A stretch of DNA of 64,000 nt from Haliotis cracherodii (taxonomy: Eukaryota): NCBI RefSeq assembly GCF_022045235.1, contig NW_027266264.1, positions 13,206,001 through 13,270,000 on the forward strand, given 5' to 3'. The translations under genes and the position numbers were made by a program. Below are positions 1 to 12,415 of the stretch, piece by piece. Under the pieces are notes generated by a model, which saw only the letters and a list, made by a program, of their open reading frames with translations, did not search any database and had not been told where the DNA came from. Within the stretch, counting starts at the first letter, position 1. Each line of letters begins with the position of its first letter.

Positions 1-450
1 AGATAATTAAATTATTCTAATCCTCCTGTGCCAGTTAACAAACGTTTTTGTAAATATTGCCCTGGATGTGTAGAAGATGAAACTCCACTGCTCACTTTAT
101 GATGATATCCGTGTTACCCACCTTCCACAAGTATTTAACCCCACAAATAGCAGCTTAAATAATACTATTGAGCTTGTATATATTCTAAATGATTATAATA
201 TTATTTCAACAGAAAGTAGTATGTGCTACAAAATGGCTGTCCGAAGAAAATCTCACTACCAATAACACCATATATATTTATATTGCTTTTTATATGTTTT
301 AACTTTTTTTTTAACTATGTATTATGTATGGTCTCTCATAACCCACATGGTGGGTGGCAGAGATACTTTATAGTGTACCTTTATAATAATGTATATGCCT
401 ATAACCTGTATCTCCGATGAGACAAAAATAAACAATTTGTCAATGTCATT
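1..450 (+). mobile_element. 3' end relic of a CR1/L2-group LINE
   Basis: Broken frame PVNKRFCKYCPGCVEDE...LHCSLYDDIR resembles the C-terminal Cys/His domain of CR1/L2-group ORF2. It is followed by a short 3' region ending AATAAAC. Confidence 0.55.
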
Positions 451-1651
451 AAAAGTTTGGAATTATTTAATTTTCTTTATGAAAACGTTTTTAATTTAGA
501 TGTATAATTGAAGGATCAAGGTGTACAAGAAGTCTTTACGCTTATTATCTACATTAACTACGATACAAAATCCATTTCTACATCCACATTCTCATTATTC
601 ATTGATATGGGTTTTGTGTTAAATAAAGAAATGCTTCATGGATTTGGTTTGTGTCCATTTGAAAGGAAGCGTGTAAATTACATATATCTATCTGGTTGGA
701 ATGATCCCTCATACTAAATTCAACAGTTAATTAACTTATAAAAGTATGAACCATGGGATTGCTTGATTTTGTTACATGTTCACACTGTACATGCGATTAT
801 TATCTAGTACGAAGAAATACATTGCCCTCCCAAAACATACACACTCATGTTTGATGGTGGCTAAAAAGAAACAAACAAGAAATGATTATTCGATGGTGAT
901 GTATTTCATACAGGTATCATAGTTGTGTTTTGGACCATACGTGTGAGGTTTTTCGGCGATTTTTATCAAACCAGTAACGTTTTGATAACGTTTGTAATGT
1001 TTTGTTCAAATCCATTTTTCAAGTGTATATATTCTTTTACCAGGCAGTTTATATAAATATACACAGGGACTATATACACCAGGAACAGATTATATAGTTT
1101 GTTTTGGTGATCCATGATATGAAGTATGATCTTGTTGAATGTCAACATTGTCACGTTTGTTTTCCTGTTTTGTGAATCTCGTGCTTGGTAAACACGTTAA
1201 TGCTGGTAATAAGAACACTTGGTAAAGAATACCGTGGTATGAGTCAGCGTGTCTTTGCTTTAGAGGACATGTACGGGTACCCCTTTCACTGTACCCTTTG
1301 ACTGTGGGAAGCTAATTCCTGTTTGCGAAACTGATACGCTGTTGCTTTGTGTATATAACTGCTTAGCGAAGGGTGTAGGGATATAGAAGGATGCAGATTT
1401 ATCGTTTGCTTCATAAGCACCTAACACACGTGAAGTTTAATCAGTGGTCTGTTTCGAATATTTCGCTTTCATTTTGTTGAGACAGGTGCGCACATGTATG
1501 AGAGCATTTTACGAGGAGAGAGCAAATCCGTTTCATGGGAATAACATTTATTTATGCTTAACAAATAGAGAAGAGTTTGATTTACGTGCATTTAAAAATT
1601 GACAACATGATGAAAATAAAATAATCATAGTAACTTTTTTCTTTGAGTGTA

Positions 1652-1926
1652 GGGGGCACGGGTGGCCCAGTCGTCTAAGTCGCCGCGATTCGCTGTGCAG
1701 AGTTGTCCCTTGGGCACGCCAGAAACCTAGGATTGTGGGTTCGAATCACGGTTTGGCAACGATTATGTTTCTAGGTTTGTCAGCACCATACCAGTGCTCG
1801 TGGGTTTCACCGAAGTGGTAAACGTCTGTGACCTGCATCACTTCGGGCTTTCCTCCCACATTAAGCTGACACTCCGTGATTTAACTGGAATACTGTTAAA
1901 AGCGGCGTTAAATCCAACTCATTCAC
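1652..1926 (+). mobile_element. tRNA-derived SINE, family B (V-domain-like body)
   Basis: A-box-like TGGCCCAGTCG, B-box GGTTCGAATC, V-SINE-like GGGTTTC...GCTTTCCTCCCAC, (CACT) tail. 12-bp TSD TCTTTGAGTGTA at 1640-1651 and 1927-1938. Confidence 0.9.
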
Positions 1927-2950
1927 TCTTTGAGTGTATAATTATCAGTGGTAGGACATATACTGTTAAGCATTACAGAAGGAAAACGGATGTTATATTT
2001 GAACCTGAACGTCATATTCAGCTTTCATATTAAAATTCATATTTACCAGGAACTAGAGCCGGATATACGTCAGCACTTTGGGAATTATACTGATAAATAT
2101 GAGGGAATGCATCAACATTTTCCTCTTCAAACGATTCCATAATCATATACAACAAAATCTCCGCATGAGTGAACAAACATGCACTTGGTGACCCATAGGT
2201 ACAATGCAGAACTTCCTTGTGCGCAGTGAAAAACTCTTGACTATGATTCGCCATGTCCCTGAAATAATGATTATGCTGATTTGCCTCCAAACTGGACGCT
2301 CACATCACAGCAGAATGTGGACGTCCAATCAATCATGACAACACTCATTCTGCGGTTACCTGTATCCGTCTAATGGGGGCGTCAAAGGCAAGTATATGGT
2401 CATTAACGTGTTTATGTCACATATAAGAAACATATGAGGTGAAAGTCTTGTATCTAAGTCAGTGAGTGAATGTTGTTTTAAGCCGGATACATAAACGTGT
2501 TATATCACGAGTCTGGACCAGGCGTACCGGNNNNNNNNNNNNNNNNNNNNNNNNNNNNNNNNNNNNNNNNNNNNNNNNNNNNNNNNNNNNNNNNNNNNNN
2601 NNNNNNNNNNNNNNNNNNNNNNNNNNNNNNNNNNNNNNNNNNNNNNNNNNNNNNNNNNNNNNNNNNNNNNNNNNNNNNATTTTTTTATTTATAGAAAAAG
2701 TTTTATTTGAATCAGGAAAATACAAGCTTGGGACAAGTGATACTTGCCCCACTGTCAAAACAAAGTTAACTACGGCCTTGTATATACTAGTTACCCATTC
2801 CCCCGATTGTTTTACTGTCAATGTCATTCTAGAACACGAGCGAGTTAGGGACCAATCACCTGATAGGCTGTTTGACGGAGTGGAGGGTTGCTGTGGGGTA
2901 GGTATTGGTGGGATCACAACCCCCAACCCCAACCCAGTCTTTTTCTGCAA

Positions 2951-3240
2951 GAGTGAGTGAGTGAGTGAGTGAGTTGGGCTATTACACCGCTTTTAACAGT
3001 ATTCCAGTTTTATCGAGGCGTGTAAGCTTAATGTGGGAGGAAAGCCCGAAGGGATACAGGTCTCAGACGTTTACCACTTCGGCGAAACCCACGAGCACGG
3101 GTATGGTGCAGACAAACCTAGAAACATAATTGGGGGAACCGGGATTCGAACCCACAATCCTAGGTTTCTGGCGTGTCCAAAGGACGCAACTCTGCACAGC
3201 GAATCACGGCGCCTTAGACGACTGGGCCACCCGTGCCCCT
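2951..3240 (-). mobile_element. SINE family B copy
   Basis: Reverse complement of 1652-1926, with the tail seen as (GAGT)n. Confidence 0.85.
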
Positions 3241-3289
3241 TTTATGAAAGAAGCAGGGCAATTAAGAAAACGAAAGCTAGACTGATGCG

Positions 3290-3452
3290 GGTGAGAGCGT
3301 ATGACTTTTTTCCTGTTTTATCAATATTCCAGCACTATCATGGTGGGGAGCACCAGAAATGGCGTTCAAACATTGTATCCATGTGGGTAACCGAACCCGG
3401 GCCTTTTGTGATGAGCGAACCCTTTAACCACTAGGCTACCTCTCCACCCCTT
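3290..3452 (-). mobile_element. Degenerate SINE family A copy
   Basis: Similar to 8008-8169 (CACCAGAAATGG...AACCACTAGGCTACC). Confidence 0.7.
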
Positions 3453-3839
3453 TACCTTGACTGAGGATAAGTATCGTACCATAGAGTTTAGCCCTTCTAA
3501 ATAATCTAATACGATTAAAGTTTTGTTCGTGGCATGTTTAACTAATGTTACACTATGTTTTCCAGGTCAGTTCGGACGTATATCGTGTCATATACCCACC
3601 TGCCGTGAAAACACTGGCTGCTTTCCATGGACAATGGATATGAAAATGGATGATCCGGTTCTGATGCTGCTGAACAACGGTTCAAGTTACGAATCATAGC
3701 ACTATTTCAAATATTCCTCATCTGCCAACCTTTAACTCTAACATCAAATGTTTGAAGCCCATTTCTGGTGTCCTCAGTTGTGATATAGTTGGAATATTGC
3801 CTAAAACTACGCTCAGAACAACCAAAGGCCTAAACAGGA

Positions 3840-4982
3840 ATGATAAGCAAAATGGACCAGACAACGTCTTCCTCGAATGTCACTGATCCTCCTTGGAATG
3901 TGACCAGAACCCTAGAGGACGTCAATGACGCTATGGCCATAACCCTGCTTCCAGTCATGCTGTACATAGGAGTGTTAATGATCGTTGGTTTTGTCGGCAA
4001 CGCTATGGTAGTCTACGTCTTCATCTTCAAATTCAGACGAGGAACGCAGAACTTCCTCATAACATGTCTGGCCATATTTGATCTGATCAGCTGCATGATT
4101 GCGATGCCCACGGAGATTGTGGACGTCCGTTACTTCTATATGTTTAATTCAGTATTTGCTTGTAAATTATTAACCTTTGTGACGACCTTCTGTGCGATGT
4201 GTTCAGTATTTACATTACTAGGTATCGCAATTGACCGATACATCAAGGTATGCCGCCCTTTAACAAACCAAGTGAAGGTGAAGCATGTAAAGATCTGGAT
4301 TGTTGTTGTCGTGTTCGTTGCACTTGGATTTTCATGGCCCTCCCTGCTCATCTATGGGATACGATCTGCGGATACAGATGTTAAAAACATTACCGGCAAG
4401 GACTGTTCAACAGCAGATCAAATGATTGGTACAGAGTACCCTCTAATCTATAACATTGTGTTGGTGGCTGGTCTCCTGGTCACAACGACTGTGCTCTTGG
4501 TGTTATATGTGTTCATCTTAAAGGCAATCAGGATTCACAGAATCCATATGAAAGCACGGGCTTCTTTTGCATCAGATACGGTTGTTTCCACAATAGAAAT
4601 GTCAAACAAAAATATTTCCGAACCACAATATAAAACTGCCAACATGAGCAGTTTCAAGAAGAGCGAGCGACGGAATAAAACCACAGTGATTGCATTCCTG
4701 GTGACGGTTGTATTTGTGTTAAGCTTCCTTCCTCATCTTGCTCTCATGTGCACCAGAGCCATCATAAAAGACTTCGACCATGACTTAAGGGGATCTTCCC
4801 TTGTTGCATTCAATATATTCATCCGTTCCTATTTTGTCAACTCTGTGGCTAATCCAATTATATACGGTGTCCTCAACTACAAGTTCAGGGAAGAATGTGT
4901 GTGGCTGTTTAATACTGTTCTATGCTGTAGACGTCGTCGTGTTCAAATTACCCAAGAAGCTTCGTTTACATCATTTTCTTGA
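3840..4982 (+). CDS. Class A (rhodopsin-like) GPCR, orphan peptide-receptor-like/chemoreceptor-like, single coding exon
   Basis: 380-aa ORF with 7 hydrophobic segments, GN in TM1, LAIFD in TM2, IDRYIKVCRP, SFLP in TM6, NPIIY in TM7 and N-terminal N-glycosylation sites. Start may be ATG 3852. Candidate upstream splice acceptor TTTTCCAG ending at 3565. Confidence 0.93.
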   Translation: MISKMDQTTSSSNVTDPPWNVTRTLEDVNDAMAITLLPVMLYIGVLMIVGFVGNAMVVYVFIFKFRRGTQNFLITCLAIFDLISCMIAMPTEIVDVRYFYMFNSVFACKLLTFVTTFCAMCSVFTLLGIAIDRYIKVCRPLTNQVKVKHVKIWIVVVVFVALGFSWPSLLIYGIRSADTDVKNITGKDCSTADQMIGTEYPLIYNIVLVAGLLVTTTVLLVLYVFILKAIRIHRIHMKARASFASDTVVSTIEMSNKNISEPQYKTANMSSFKKSERRNKTTVIAFLVTVVFVLSFLPHLALMCTRAIIKDFDHDLRGSSLVAFNIFIRSYFVNSVANPIIYGVLNYKFREECVWLFNTVLCCRRRRVQITQEASFTSFS

Positions 4983-5774
4983 TGAATGTGTTCAATATGG
5001 ATTCTACGCAGAGCATCACAATGTCCGACGTCAAGACCTACATTTAACATGTTTTGTTTTGAGTAACAAAGACGATTTGCATCTTCGTTCGTAATTTAGA
5101 TAATTCTATCATTGAACAGACAGCTCAAATGTGAAATGATCATATTTTGAAGGTCTGCGGTTGTAACAAATAATCATAAGGAATAAACATACCGGTGGTC
5201 TTATACATGTATTCAGATTTTTTAACTGTTAATTGTATTTGTGTTCTAAAATATATGATTATGCTAATCTGGAATAGCGTTGCCAAATATGTCCCCAATT
5301 CTTGACAGGTTAAGAACAAAATGAAATGCTTAGATAGACAGATAATAGAGTCAGGCTTTGAATGTACGCTGTGCAAAGCTGAATTTGAAATAAACAGACC
5401 GTGTCCATTGTATCACATCGAATGACATGTCACATTTCACATGTTAAAACGTATACTGCATTTATGGAGGATGATATGACATGTTATACAAATATTATCA
5501 TGCAAAACCTCTAAAACCTCTGTGACAGTAACGTGACTAGTAAGACATATAAGTAAGATATATATATATGGGGAAATGACATAACAATGCCATTAATTTG
5601 CCAATATAACTCGATGCGCATTATGAAGTACATACATATACCAATGTCGAACCACTGAACTAAATATATAAAACAGTATCTATGTTACTGTCTTTGCGCC
5701 CGGGATCGTGGATGAGCGTAGGAAGACAAGCATATTCACGGTATGTTTCAGTGTTTTGTTGGATACAAATCAAA

Positions 5775-6140
5775 ACACGATAGTCCTGTTTTCCAATTAT
5801 CCCTTAATTTCGGCAAAATTTCAGCAGCTCCAGCCTTAGGTGTCTGCATTCCGCAACGTTTGCTGTACAAGCGAGCATGCTCTTCCTACAAAGATTTCAA
5901 AGAGCGTCAAGGTTGCAACATTCAAGACCACAGTAGTGCTTTCAGTTTTATGGTCGGCATGTCGAGTACATTTTCTAGTTTGATGCATCAGTCACAAAAA
6001 TGATGTCCCATGCAATTCCCTAGTTTGACTTGTACAAAATGTTCCCGTTTTTAGGTGAATAATTGAATTGCCCTTGCATGTGTTTGTGATGGGTGCCACC
6101 GGTGGGGCAGGGTGCGATAAGCTTTTCGCGAACATCTGGT
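5775..6140 (+). mobile_element. Penelope-like element relic (RT C-terminus plus 3' hairpin)
   Basis: LNFGKISAAPALGVCIPQRLLYKRACSSYKDFKER resembles the PLE RT C-terminal motif NFP..SNIP.APAYGVYISQL.RY.RACS.Y.DF (recalled, not searched). It is followed by GGTGCCACCGGTGGGGCAGG, also present at 6463-6482. Confidence 0.55.
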
Positions 6141-7094
6141 TCCCTGTTTACAGGAAGAGATTCAGACTTTGTACTGTTTCATCACACATGTGTCATGTAA
6201 AAAACCCATGATACTGTTATGAGTAAACAAAGGCACATTTGAGTGAGTAAGATAGTTAAAATGTAAAGTCACATCGGCGGTCTTTCAGTATGTTCACTTG
6301 ACGAGCACAGCTCAGGCATCCCAACCATGTGGGAGCAGCGCCAAAAGTGACGCATGCGTAAACACCCTTTTAAAACCGCACTTAGTAACCTTCGAGCCTT
6401 ATTCCACATGGAAGAGATTTTGTTTGTTCGGGTTGACACTTGTTTGCCTTTGCATGTGACGCGTGCCACCGGTGGGGCAGGATGCGCTCACCTTCTCGCG
6501 AACACCTGGTATCATCACTATTTGATAGTGATTCATACACACGTGCTCATGATATGGTCGAATCGTACAATCGACTCTGCTTTCAGCAGATATTTCTTGT
6601 GGCTATTAAAAGGGTTTTGTCGCTTTTATTTCACACAAGGTCGATGTATCGTTTTTGAAGTATTAATATTCTTGCGGAAATATTTCATGTTTTAATGTTT
6701 CAGTATTTTAATGTTTCCTGAAGTAAATAAAAATAAAATAGACTTCAAAACTGAAGACGTTTATTTCTTCAACATCCTCGAAATAAGGAAACCATGTTTG
6801 CTTGTATCATTTGACCTCAGTGAACAATCAGATTCGGCTTCATCAGTTACTTATCAGTTCCGCTAATCACTTGTATGATTAGCAATGACGAACAGGAACT
6901 TGTTTCCTTGTTTACGGGAAGACACTCAGACTTTGTACTGTTTCATCACATGTGTGCCGTATAAAGTATCAGTGTCATGAGCTTTAAACAAAGGCACGAT
7001 TAAGTGAGTGAGTGATTTCAAATGTAAGGTCATATTGGCAGTATTTCAGGCCTGCGTCTAAACCATGTTGAGCATATCATGACACCTTTTTAAA

Positions 7095-7702
7095 ACCGCA
7101 CTCGGCAATATTCCAGCTATATGACGGCGGCTCTGTAAATAATCGAGTCGGGACAAGACAATCCAGTGATTGATGTCATGAGCATCGATTCACGCAATTG
7201 GGAACGATGACATGCCTTAACCAAGTCAGCGAGCCTGACCACCCTAACCCGTTAGTCGCCTCTTACGGCAAGCATAGTCGTCTCTTAAGGCAAGTCTGGA
7301 CCAGACAGTCTAGTGAGTCATGTTATGAACAATGATCCACAAAGCCAGGGTACTATGACCCGCAATCAACCACGTCACCAAGCCTGACAGCCCTAACCAT
7401 GAAGCCTCTTACGACTGGCATAGGTTGCTTGGGGGTCAATTCTAACCCAGAATCTTACCTTGCCAACTTTTTTCGTTTGTTTGTTGTTTAACGTCTCACT
7501 TAGCAATATATCAGCTATCTTCAAATAATCGAATCTGGACTGAACAATCCAGTGATTGACACCATGAACATCGATCTACACATCGGAGATACGATGATAT
7601 GCATCAACCAAGTCAGCGAGCCTGACCACCCGATACCGTTTCTCGCATCTTACGACAAGCATGGGTGGCTGAAGACAATTATAACCCGGATCTTCACGGG
7701 TC
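7095..7702 (-). mobile_element. Cluster of 2-3 SINE family C copies (no tRNA head)
   Basis: Repeated CAATATTCCAGCTATATGACGGCGG...GAGCCTGACCACCC...GATCTTCACGGGTC. The most complete copy is 7474-7702. Confidence 0.85.
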
Positions 7703-8007
7703 ACACTGACAACTACAAGCGCCGGTATGGTGCTCACCGATTATGGCGAACCAACGGTCATATTCGGGCATTATGCAAACGTTCAGAGTAAATAGGAAGT
7801 ACTATTTTATTAATCAGGTGGGCTTAAAGGCGTGATTATGGTTGTTCACAGTTATCATCAACACTGAAGACATGCCGCGGCAGGGATACCAAAAATTGGG
7901 AGCAGGCAGTGTAGCAGCCAGGTGCGTAATCAATCCTCTGTCTCTGGAGAGGCAAGTTTGCTTACTCGTCGCCCAATCCAAAGATGGTGATTATTGAACT
8001 GGTCTGA

Positions 8008-8169
8008 GTGAGTGAGTATGGTTTTACGCCGCTTTTAGCAATATTCCAGCAATATCACGGCGGGGACACCAGAAATGGGCTTCACACATTGTACCCATGT
8101 CGGGAATCGAACCCGGGTCTTCGGCGTGACGAGCGAACGCTTTAACCACTAGGCTACCCGACCGCCCCT
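8008..8169 (-). mobile_element. tRNA-derived SINE, family A, full length
   Basis: On the minus strand: A box TAGCCTAGTGG, B box GGTTCGATTCC, (CACT) tail. 13-bp TSD TGA/TACTGGTCTGA at 7995-8007 and 8170-8182. Confidence 0.92.
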
Positions 8170-8894
8170 TGTACTGGTCTGATTAGTGAGTGATTTCTGT
8201 TATCAAATCGTAGTGAGAGGAATGGCTGACGTGATACGTGTCTTAGACCACGACCATGATTGGGGTGATGACAACATAGAAGCGTATTCAAATCGAATCT
8301 AGGATTCCAAACCACGATAATAGGTTTCTGGCACGTTTAGGGGACGCACCATTGCACCGCGAATAGCGACGCCTTACATGAGTTTCCTAGTCACCCCCTT
8401 CATCCGCCCCCCCCCCCCCCCCCCCGGCCCTGTCAATGACAGCATAGTGGAAAATAAGGACATGCAAACGTGATAACAAAAACAACCTTACGATTCAGAA
8501 TCACAACACTTGAAACTAGTATGTTGTGGATTTATGAGGATTTATACTTTAAAAATGNNNNNNNNNNNNNNNNNNNNNNNNNNNNNNNNNNNNNNNNNNN
8601 NNNNNNNNNNNNNNNNNNNNNNNNNNNNNNNNNNNNNNNNNNNNNNNNNNNNNNNNNNNNNNNNNNNNNNNNNNNNNNNNNNNNNNNNNGAAAATCCCAA
8701 TTCGCTGATTCTCATCTTATTTCTTAACGATGCATATGTATCGCAAATATAAGCTCTCATCTGCAATGACTCAATATTCTTATCATGTAGAAGTCGTGTT
8801 GAACCATTGATATCACTAAAAATATTTCTTCTAACCTGTGCTTAAACACTTATAGAATATATGAAATATCTCAAATATTTTGACTAACCCAAGC

Positions 8895-9102
8895 ATAGAG
8901 AATAGGTCTTCAGCAACCTATGATTGCCGTAAGAGGTGACTAAAGGGATCGGGTGATCAGGTTCGCTGACTAGGTTGATGAATGTCATCGTATCCCAGTT
9001 GCGTAGATCGATGCTCATGATGACTGATCCAGACCTGATTATGTATAGACCACCGTCATATGGTTGGAATATTGCGTCAAACAACAACCAACCAAACAAA
9101 CA
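8895..9102 (+). mobile_element. SINE family C copy
   Basis: GGTCTTCAGCAACC...TTGCCGTAAGAGGTGACTAA...GGAATATTGCG...(AAAC)n. Confidence 0.8.
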
Positions 9103-9555
9103 AAGAAAGCGATCATGAGACATTATTAACAATTTAATAAATACTTTACCCTTGATATATAAATGTCATACCTACAACAGTCAGGTAAAGGTGGACAACT
9201 CGATACCAAAAAATATTATGCAATCGACCAATAACAGCTCTTTCTTGGAAGCACCACACCTCTGCTCCATATAACACAATGAGTTTTATTTCACATTCAA
9301 GCAACTTAAATATTAACATATTTACAGGAATAGGTGGGTAGTGGTATTTATGCTGTAAATGCTAAATAGCTAACTGAGCTTTACTGGCTTTTCATACAGG
9401 AGTATTTGTACAGACTGTCACTGAAAGAAAATATTATTTTAAAAAGTCTACATAAATACAGCAGAAATGTCCACTACTTTCAGGTGAGGTGAGCTGAAAT
9501 GGGGTTTAATGTCGCATTTAAGATTATTGCTATTACATAGCGACGTGGATGCACG

Positions 9556-9592
9556 TGTGTGTGTGTGTGTGTTTGTGTGTTTGTTTGTTTGT

Positions 9593-9632
<40 letters not shown>
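9556..9632. repeat. (TG)n/(TTTG)n microsatellite
   Basis: Directly visible. Confidence 0.95.
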
Positions 9633-9634
<2 letters not shown>

Positions 9635-11269
9635 CCTTTTTGTCCTGCGACTTTACCCTGCGTAAGTTCATTTATGGGCGGTTCAATATCTTCCTGTGTA
9701 ATATCACTATTAATAATGATATTGACATCATCATCAGTACAAAAACTGCACAGCCTCTCATTATACCATAATCTACCTACTCAATAATATCAGAGTCCAC
9801 GGGTATATATTTTAAGGGTATAAATCTTTAGAAATAATCAATCAAATATTACACGAAAACAAAGCCTGAGAAACATTATATCTGAACGCAGAGCAGATTT
9901 GATTTCTCCAAGTATATCTAGGAATATTATTGACATGAATTTCATTTACATTATCGTGTCGCATTCATGAAGGGTTCGTATGATGGAAAAGTGATCTGGT
10001 TCACAGCGAGTATGCCAATTACACACGTCATCCCTGGTACTACAAGGCACGTCAGTTGAGTACGATACATATTTGATACATTATAAACTTGTTAGAAATC
10101 TGTTGTTGTCGTCAATAATAACATCTTTCAAATTACCAGTTCGTGCATTTAAGTTACCAGGAAGAATGATTGGCAGTCTGAAAGTTCATATAACACAGCA
10201 GATAAGCTTTTATATGAGAACTCTATACCCTTATGAATATTTTTGTCCGCAAGAGAAATGTCGTTTCTGTATAGTCAGTAATAACACAGCGCAGTCCATG
10301 TAACAAGGAAGTATGAATACAAACAGGCACTCCCGTGGTAGCTTAACTATCTATAGTTCGTTTAGAGCACAGGTAAATACTTTCGTCCAATGAGTGGTCA
10401 CTAGTTTGGTCAGGTGGAGCACATTTTTATGATGATGAATAAGTGTAAAGTATACAGTTTATGGTGGAGTGAATCTCTCGTTTTTCCTTAAAACAGACAG
10501 GCATTAAACAACAGACTGCACGAATTATACAGTTTAGATGAAATCTTGCGAAAACTTGAGTTTTTGCCTGGACATGTGCAGGTCCTGGATTCGATTCCAC
10601 ACCAGCACAAAAGATCCACCACTGAACAGATGCAAAACATACGAAACTGTTCCACGAGTATTTCCATTTGGCTACAATGTACTTATAGTCTAATCACTGT
10701 ACAGATTCCCCAGATATTTGCACGACACATAGAGCTATTGCAATACCCGACTTACTCAGCCAGTCATATTGCCATCAATGATGAAACATTTGAAAACTTA
10801 GAAAACTTTTAAACAAGCATTTACACACATATGAAGGCGGGCAAAAGCATAATATTATCATGATTTACCTGAATGTATTTTAATCGCCTTATTTACTTGA
10901 GTATGTAAAATGTGAATACATGTCAAATTTTCATTTTTGAGAACACATCAAGTAAACGAAAAAGAAAGAAAATGGGAAGCTACGTATGTCTATATTTTAT
11001 GTCGCAACACAATACGTTATAATGAAATCAAACATTTAGTACATGACGGGAAGAAAAAATAAATATTATTAAGTCAGGTATACATGGTTTCATGATGTAT
11101 TGATATCGTATCCATGAAGGATAAGGAGACAACAAGTTTTAATTTGATGCCAACAACATTTTCAAGATATGGATAATGTCAACATATCGATAGTAAGCTC
11201 CATTTTAGGAAAAGCAAAAACAGATTCATGCAATTGTCTCAACCAGAAGAACATAGTTTGATCCTAATT

Positions 11270-12415
11270 TCAAGTTACTTTTTTAAACGCACGTTTGATC
11301 TCATGCCGAAAGACTGTGTTACAGAAACCGTAGATCAAAGGGTTCAAAGCACACTGGATGTAATACGATTGAAGAACAATATAATACAGCCATGTAGCCG
11401 ATTCTCGGAATTCTGTGGATATGCTTGGGGTGACTAGACTAATGAAATTCATGCAGACAATGGGCAGGTAGGCACAAAATGAGGCCAGACTCACATAGAA
11501 CATTGTTAGTGTCAGTTTAAGAAGAGTTCCTCCACGATGAGGGGTATTTATTGTTGGGCGTTGGTTCATCGATCGGGAGCCCTCATGCATGGAGGCACGA
11601 GGATGAGAACGACGTGAGGCAGTGCTTGTCATCGTAGTTCCCTCGTTGTCATCTAGCTGGGTGTCAGGAACGGAAGTGCATTCCGTAAACCAAGATGCCA
11701 TATTGATTTGGCTTTCTGAAAGAGTTTTGTTTCTCATCAGATCAACATGGCGAGAAATCCCCCGCCACATCAGGTAATACAACACAACGAGGATTAGGAA
11801 CACACCTAAATCCATGAGAATCCAAAACACAAAGCTGATGTTATGGATTATGTCAATATGATACTCGTGAAGATCAGCTAGAGTACATTGGGCAGCGTTG
11901 AGAATGGTATCATTTGTAGCATTAACGGGGAATGAATGTGCTCCATAAATGATGAAAGCAGGGGTTGATAAAGGCAAGGCTATCAAACAAGAAACACCGA
12001 TGACGACTCTTGCCTTTGGTATAGTCATGTGATTTTCAAAGGGCTGGCATATCTTCTTGTATCTTTCCACCGCTATGGCTACAAGCATGAACATTGAAGT
12101 CATGAAACTGAAGTCATGGAACATATGAAACGCTTTGCACAGTACAGGAAACTCCCCAGAGCTGTACAAGTACCTCATGTTGAAAATGGCCAGTGGAAGA
12201 TCAATAACGCATATGAACAAATCCAAAATCGCCACTATCATAATAAAACATCTCAGAGGACTTGGTTTGAAACACCTTAGGTACACAAAACAAACCACAG
12301 AGTTTCCAGTGAAACCTACAAGCATTATGAAGGAGAGAAAAACAATTGCAGGTAGGGCACTGTTCAAATGTGTGTCATTGTAGAGGTAAAGAACATCTTT
12401 ATCTGTTTCAGCCAT
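11270..12415 (-). CDS. Class A GPCR, divergent paralog, single coding exon (381 aa)
   Basis: 7 TM, GN, VAILD, AVERYKKICQP, CAYLP, NPLIY. Splice acceptor TTTTTTCTCTTCCAG puts the exon start at 12447, and GCCATGG Kozak ATG at 12415. The ORF-track extension to 12577 is probably intronic. Confidence 0.9.
   Translation of the reverse strand: MAETDKDVLYLYNDTHLNSALPAIVFLSFIMLVGFTGNSVVCFVYLRCFKPSPLRCFIMIVAILDLFICVIDLPLAIFNMRYLYSSGEFPVLCKAFHMFHDFSFMTSMFMLVAIAVERYKKICQPFENHMTIPKARVVIGVSCLIALPLSTPAFIIYGAHSFPVNATNDTILNAAQCTLADLHEYHIDIIHNISFVFWILMDLGVFLILVVLYYLMWRGISRHVDLMRNKTLSESQINMASWFTECTSVPDTQLDDNEGTTMTSTASRRSHPRASMHEGSRSMNQRPTINTPHRGGTLLKLTLTMFYVSLASFCAYLPIVCMNFISLVTPSISTEFRESATWLYYIVLQSYYIQCALNPLIYGFCNTVFRHEIKRAFKKVT

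Noticed and set aside
2459-2960. ORFs spanning N runs (also near 8558, 26449, 35751, 55142)
   Set aside because: Artefacts of assembly gaps, except the Tc1 portion after 55271.
6715-6775. Possible hammerhead ribozyme near the Penelope-like relic (CCTGAAG...CTGAAGA)
   Set aside because: Could not assemble a CUGANGA/GAAA core with three stems.
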